Made by a program: the position numbers and the translations under genes
Part shown: positions 59,704 to 64,000 of the stretch, in pieces
How positions within the stretch are numbered: position 1 is the stretch's first letter
How the letters are laid out: each line of letters starts with the position of its first letter
From: Candidatus Omnitrophota bacterium
GTDB taxonomy: Bacteria > Omnitrophota > Gorgyraeia > Gygaellales > Profunditerraquicolaceae
Direction of reading: 5' to 3'
Length of the DNA: 64,000 nt
Assembly: GCA_023819035.1 (NCBI GenBank)
Contig: JAMWCL010000001.1
Coordinates: 2,226 to 66,225, forward strand
The notes under the pieces: generated by a model
Seen by the model: only the letters and a program-made list of their open reading frames with translations
What the model was told of the DNA's origin: nothing
Databases searched by the model: none

Positions 59704-60477
59704 TTAGTGTAATACCCTTAAGCCTTCCTTAGGGGTGATTATAATATTCTTAATTGCCTGACCTTTTTTACCCAAGGCAGGCATAACCTTACCATTTACC
59801 TCTAAAACCACTGCCCCTGCATTTCCCAAGGAAAGCTCAATCTTATCCTTGGCCTGCCAGGTCTCGGCTTTCCCCTTTATTAATATATTCTGAAATACCA
59901 CCTTACCATCAAGGCTTAATTTTATCCAGCAATTATCCTTTGCTTCAATAACCAATCTTATTCCATTACCTGGAACCTGTATGGGAATGGGCTCGGATCT
60001 GGTTAGCGATTCTTTAGAGGTTAAAACCTCTTCTTGAATAGATGAAGCTATTCTTTTTTGTTTCTTAACCAGGTTTTCCTGTCTTAAGAAGTGAATAAAT
60101 CTAAATAAGGTAAATCCTAAAAAACCAATGATTAAAACTATTAGGACAACCCTAATTGATTCAGCAAGTAGCTCCCAATCCTTTGAGGCTTTTTTAATCA
60201 ATATCCGCTTTTCTTCTCTATTTTGAGCTGTCCTTAAAGTAGTTATAGAAGATGTTTGAGGGTAATATTGGGAAAGATACTCCTGAGGGTCAACACCCAA
60301 AAATTTACAATAGATCTTTACAAAACCTTTAATATAAACAGGGCTTATATTAGTAGATGAATCATCTTCAATTGCTTTTAAAATGTGTGGGCTAATCTTT
60401 GTAAACTTACTTACCTCTTCAAGACTTAAGCCCTTTTCTAAACGTAATTTCTTAAGCCTTTCTCCCTTAGATTCCAT
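59704..60477 (-). CDS. RodZ-like protein (HTH, TM, DUF4115)
   Basis: N-terminal HTH with VYIKGF, single TM, LGNAGAV motif; located between ftsK and rimO. Confidence 0.85.
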   Translation of the reverse strand: MESKGERLKKLRLEKGLSLEEVSKFTKISPHILKAIEDDSSTNISPVYIKGFVKIYCKFLGVDPQEYLSQYYPQTSSITTLRTAQNREEKRILIKKASKDWELLAESIRVVLIVLIIGFLGFTLFRFIHFLRQENLVKKQKRIASSIQEEVLTSKESLTRSEPIPIQVPGNGIRLVIEAKDNCWIKLSLDGKVVFQNILIKGKAETWQAKDKIELSLGNAGAVVLEVNGKVMPALGKKGQAIKNIIITPKEGLRVLH

Positions 60478-62650
60478 CTTGCTTACTGAATTCTTCTTTC
60501 TTCTTTGCTAAATCCTTTAGCCAGGCCTCTCTATCAACTAAGATCTTGCGGGGTCTACTTCCTTCAAAAGGACCGATGAGGCCTTCCTGCTCCATCATGT
60601 CAATAATCCGGGCAGCACGCGTATAACCTAAACGCATCCTCCTTTGTAAAATTGAAACCGAGGCCTGATTGCTTTCCATAATTACCCTTACCGCTTCATC
60701 ATAAAGCTCATCCTTTACCCCCTCAATTAAAGAAGGTCGGGCTTGCTCCTTAAGTATCTCCTCATCATAAAGGGTTTCACTCTGGGATTTGATAAAATCT
60801 ACAACCCGTACAATCTCATTATCCGTAACTAAACATCCCTGGGCACGAATCAGTTTAGATTCGCCGGGTCTTAAAAATAACATATCCCCTTTTCCTAAAA
60901 GTTTATCTGCGCCATTCATATCTAAAACTGTTCTTGAATCTACCTTTGAGGCAACCTTAAAGGAGATTCTTGCCGGAAGATTTGCTTTAATTACACCGGT
61001 AACTACATCTACCGATGGTCTTTGAGTAGCTAGGATCAAATGAATCCCTACCGCACGAGAAAGTTGAGCTAAACGTGTAACCGCATTCTCAACCTGTTCG
61101 CTGGAGACACTCATCAGATCCGCGAACTCATCAATAACTACCACAATATAAGGAAGCTTTTCTTGTTTTTCATTATATGCTTCGATATTCCTTGCGCCTA
61201 CCTTCGCCAAAAGTCGATAGCGTTGTTCCATCTCATTCACTACCCAATTAAGGACAATATAGGCCTTCTTTGCTTCTGTGACCACAGGACATAACAAATG
61301 AGGCAAATCATTAAAATTAGCAAGCTCTACCATCTTAGGATCAATCATTAAGAATCTTAAATCCTGAGGGGTGTTTCTAAAAAGTAATGTAAGAATTATG
61401 GAATTAACGCATACGGTCTTCCCTGAACCGGTAGTACCTGCAATTAAAAGATGGGGCATCTCATCTAAATCTGCAATCACCGGCTCGCCGGCAATATCTT
61501 TGCCGAGAGCTAAGGTTAACTTTGATTTTGCGGTTTGAAACTCTTTGGAGGCAAGCACCTCCTTTAAATAGACAAAACTACTTTGGGTATTAGGCACCTC
61601 AACCCCCACCCTACCCTTTCCTGGTATAGGGGCAATAATCCTTACTGACTGTGCCTTTAGACTTAAGGCGATATCATCACTTAAAGCGACAATTCGATTT
61701 AATTTTACCCCCGGGGCAGGCTCTAATTCATAGAGGGTAATTACAGGTCCCCGCTCAATATTAGTAACCTTAGCAGAAATTCCAAAATCTTCTAACGTCT
61801 CCTCTAATATCCTTGCATTTGAGGTAAGATCTTCCTTAATCTGCCTTGCCTCAAGAGGAGGAGGTGAATCCAATAAATCTAAACTGGGCAATTGATATTC
61901 CCCCGACTTTGGCTCTGAGGATTTTTTCCCTTGAGGCTCTAAAGACCTGGGTTTTATTTTAATCTGAATCTTGGGTTTTATCTCCGGGGCTTTTTTTAGA
62001 TTCTGCTCTGACTTTTCCATAATCGGTGGTGTAAAGTGCTCTTTTTTTATAGAAAGTAGCGAGTCTTCTTTTAAGCAGAGCCGGCTGAGCTTTCTTAACT
62101 TAAATATCGGTTTAAAAATATGCCTTGTCTTATCTATAATGCTTAAAAAGAGATTTGAAAGTAATACCTCCGTAAATAGAATTAACCCCAGAATAGTTAA
62201 AGAGGTAAGAATAATGTATCCCCCTAAACTGCCAAAATAATTATTTATAAACTTAGCAATAAAAAAACCGAAGAAACCCGCGTAACCGAAGCTTTTTGCT
62301 TCATCCTTTAAGAAAAAAAGACCGAAGAGACTGCTGGTAGATAATAAAAAAAATAATATACCTATAATTCGAATTAAACGCATCTCTACATTTCTTTGCT
62401 GAAAAAACCTTAATCCTATCCAGAAAATAAATAAAGGAATGAAAAGGCTGGATTTACCAAATAAAAACAAAACTATACCAGCAAGATATGCTCCGAATGT
62501 GTGAATAAAATTTTTAGGAGGGGTATTAGGGCTTGAGGTATAAAAAGAAAGATCAAAGGGAGTAAAAGAAATTAAACTTGCTAAAATAATTAATCCTAAA
62601 GCAACCAAGATCACCGCCTTAATCTCATTTATTCTTCTTTGTTTCATCAT
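60467..62650 (-). CDS. ftsK: DNA translocase FtsK
   Basis: N-terminal TMs, [20 protein letters not shown] and gamma-domain GYTRAAR motifs. Confidence 0.97.
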   Translation of the reverse strand: MMKQRRINEIKAVILVALGLIILASLISFTPFDLSFYTSSPNTPPKNFIHTFGAYLAGIVLFLFGKSSLFIPLFIFWIGLRFFQQRNVEMRLIRIIGILFFLLSTSSLFGLFFLKDEAKSFGYAGFFGFFIAKFINNYFGSLGGYIILTSLTILGLILFTEVLLSNLFLSIIDKTRHIFKPIFKLRKLSRLCLKEDSLLSIKKEHFTPPIMEKSEQNLKKAPEIKPKIQIKIKPRSLEPQGKKSSEPKSGEYQLPSLDLLDSPPPLEARQIKEDLTSNARILEETLEDFGISAKVTNIERGPVITLYELEPAPGVKLNRIVALSDDIALSLKAQSVRIIAPIPGKGRVGVEVPNTQSSFVYLKEVLASKEFQTAKSKLTLALGKDIAGEPVIADLDEMPHLLIAGTTGSGKTVCVNSIILTLLFRNTPQDLRFLMIDPKMVELANFNDLPHLLCPVVTEAKKAYIVLNWVVNEMEQRYRLLAKVGARNIEAYNEKQEKLPYIVVVIDEFADLMSVSSEQVENAVTRLAQLSRAVGIHLILATQRPSVDVVTGVIKANLPARISFKVASKVDSRTVLDMNGADKLLGKGDMLFLRPGESKLIRAQGCLVTDNEIVRVVDFIKSQSETLYDEEILKEQARPSLIEGVKDELYDEAVRVIMESNQASVSILQRRMRLGYTRAARIIDMMEQEGLIGPFEGSRPRKILVDREAWLKDLAKKKEEFSKQDGI

Positions 62651-64000
62651 TTCTCTCGTTCTGCCTGTTTCTTACTTAGACTGATCCTGCCTAAATCATC
62701 TATTCCAATCACCTTCACCTTAACCTCATCCCCTACCTTAACTACATCTTCAATATCTCTCACAAAATAATCCGCTAATTCAGAGATATGGATTAAACCT
62801 TCCTTTCCTGGAGCTATCTCGCAAAAAGCACCATAAGGAGCAAGACGCTTTATCTTACCTATATAAATATCTCCCACCTCTATCTCTTCAGTTATTGCCT
62901 TAATCATTTTAATCGCCTCTTCGGATTTTGTAGGATTTGTAGAGGCAATCAAAACTGTCCCATCTTCTCGAATATCAATAGTGGTACCTGTGGAGGCGAT
63001 AATCTTTTTTATCGTCTTTCCACCCGGACCGATAAGATCACCTATCTTTTCAGGTTTTATCTTAATTGATTCTATACGCGGAGCATATATAGATAATTCT
63101 GGACGAGAATGGGGCAAAACCTGCCGCATCTTTTCTAATACAATTGCCCTTGCCTGCTTTGCTTGAAGAAGGGCTTGTTCTAATAAATCCAGATCAATTC
63201 CATCTATCTTTAAATCCAGTTGCAATGCAGTAATCCCGGTTTTAGTACCTGCCACCTTAAAATCCATATCCCCAAAATGATCCTCAAGCCCGGTGATATC
63301 GGTAAGAAGAACAGAGCGATTATCCTCTTTAATTAAACCTAAAGCTATACCTCCGACTGCATCCTTTATCGGCACTCCTGCATCCATAAGAGAAAGACTA
63401 GCAGCACATACAGTAGCCATACTAGAAGAACCGTTTGATTCTAAGATCTCAGAGACTACCCTTACTGTATAAGGAAACCTCTCTTTAGAAGGCATCACCG
63501 CAAGAAGCGCTCTCTCTGCTAAGGCACCATGCCCGATCTCTCTACGACCCGGTCCGCGTACGGGAGCAATCTCTCCTACACTAAAGGGAGGAAAGCTATA
63601 ATGTAGCATAAAGGATTTGTATTTTTCTCCTTCCAGGGCTTCTATTAATTGCTCATCCTCCCCTGTACCTAAGGTGGTTACCGCAAGGCTTTGGGTTGAA
63701 CCCCGCGTAAATAGACTTGAACCATGGGTACGGGGTAAAACTGAAACCACGCATTCAATTGGCCTAATCTCATCAAAACCCCTGCCATCTATACGAATAT
63801 TTTCTTCTAATATCTTTTTTCTGACTTCCTCTTTCTCTAATTCATTTAAGGCTAATTTGATATCAAAGGGCAAAAAACCTTCTTGACTAAGTGTATTTTC
63901 TAATTCTTTATATAATAAATCCAGCATCTCTTCGCGTTCTTCTTTCTTAGATAGCTTATATATTTGTTTTATTTTATCTAAGGATAAATGTTTAATTCTT
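62647..64000 (-). CDS. pnp: Polyribonucleotide nucleotidyltransferase, 5' part outside window
   Basis: RIDGR, RREIGHG, SNGSSS, GDMDFK, KH and S1 domains; frame stays open past Met 63927 to the window edge. Confidence 0.97.
   Translation of the reverse strand, partial: RIKHLSLDKIKQIYKLSKKEEREEMLDLLYKELENTLSQEGFLPFDIKLALNELEKEEVRKKILEENIRIDGRGFDEIRPIECVVSVLPRTHGSSLFTRGSTQSLAVTTLGTGEDEQLIEALEGEKYKSFMLHYSFPPFSVGEIAPVRGPGRREIGHGALAERALLAVMPSKERFPYTVRVVSEILESNGSSSMATVCAASLSLMDAGVPIKDAVGGIALGLIKEDNRSVLLTDITGLEDHFGDMDFKVAGTKTGITALQLDLKIDGIDLDLLEQALLQAKQARAIVLEKMRQVLPHSRPELSIYAPRIESIKIKPEKIGDLIGPGGKTIKKIIASTGTTIDIREDGTVLIASTNPTKSEEAIKMIKAITEEIEVGDIYIGKIKRLAPYGAFCEIAPGKEGLIHISELADYFVRDIEDVVKVGDEVKVKVIGIDDLGRISLSKKQAEREK

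Noticed and set aside
63925-63927. Start codon of a short 426-aa PNPase
   Set aside because: The frame stays open to the window edge, so the gene is only cut by the window.

Overview
Low-GC bacterial chromosome segment, almost all on the minus strand. Gene style suggests Candidatus Omnitrophota or a similar lineage, but this is inference only. From left to right: (1) split phosphotransacetylase genes and trxA; (2) a signalling module of ECF sigma, soluble Zn-binding anti-sigma and membrane-anchored CHAT(caspase-like)-TPR protease, plus an exported beta-propeller gene, with the same ECF-type promoter motif (TGTwAG-N16-CGTC) before both the anti-sigma and the propeller gene, next to a c-di-GMP-I riboswitch; (3) housekeeping genes; (4) a ~29-kb Wzx/Wzy polysaccharide locus with PilZ and HD-GYP genes. 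Embedded in it is an apparently complete RiPP cluster: PqqD/RRE, radical SAM-SPASM, an unannotated 54-aa Cys/Ser-rich precursor at 35849-36013, an HPrK-like kinase, a peptidase-methyltransferase-nucleotidyltransferase fusion and an ABC exporter; (5) core genes: tRNA nucleotidyltransferase, xerD, ligA, pckG, tRNA-Pro, an FMN-riboswitch-led rib operon, cinA/thpR, pgpA, pgsA, rimO, rodZ-like, ftsK and pnp. No CRISPR array, rRNA or transposase was seen. All calls come from motif recognition by eye; no searches were run.
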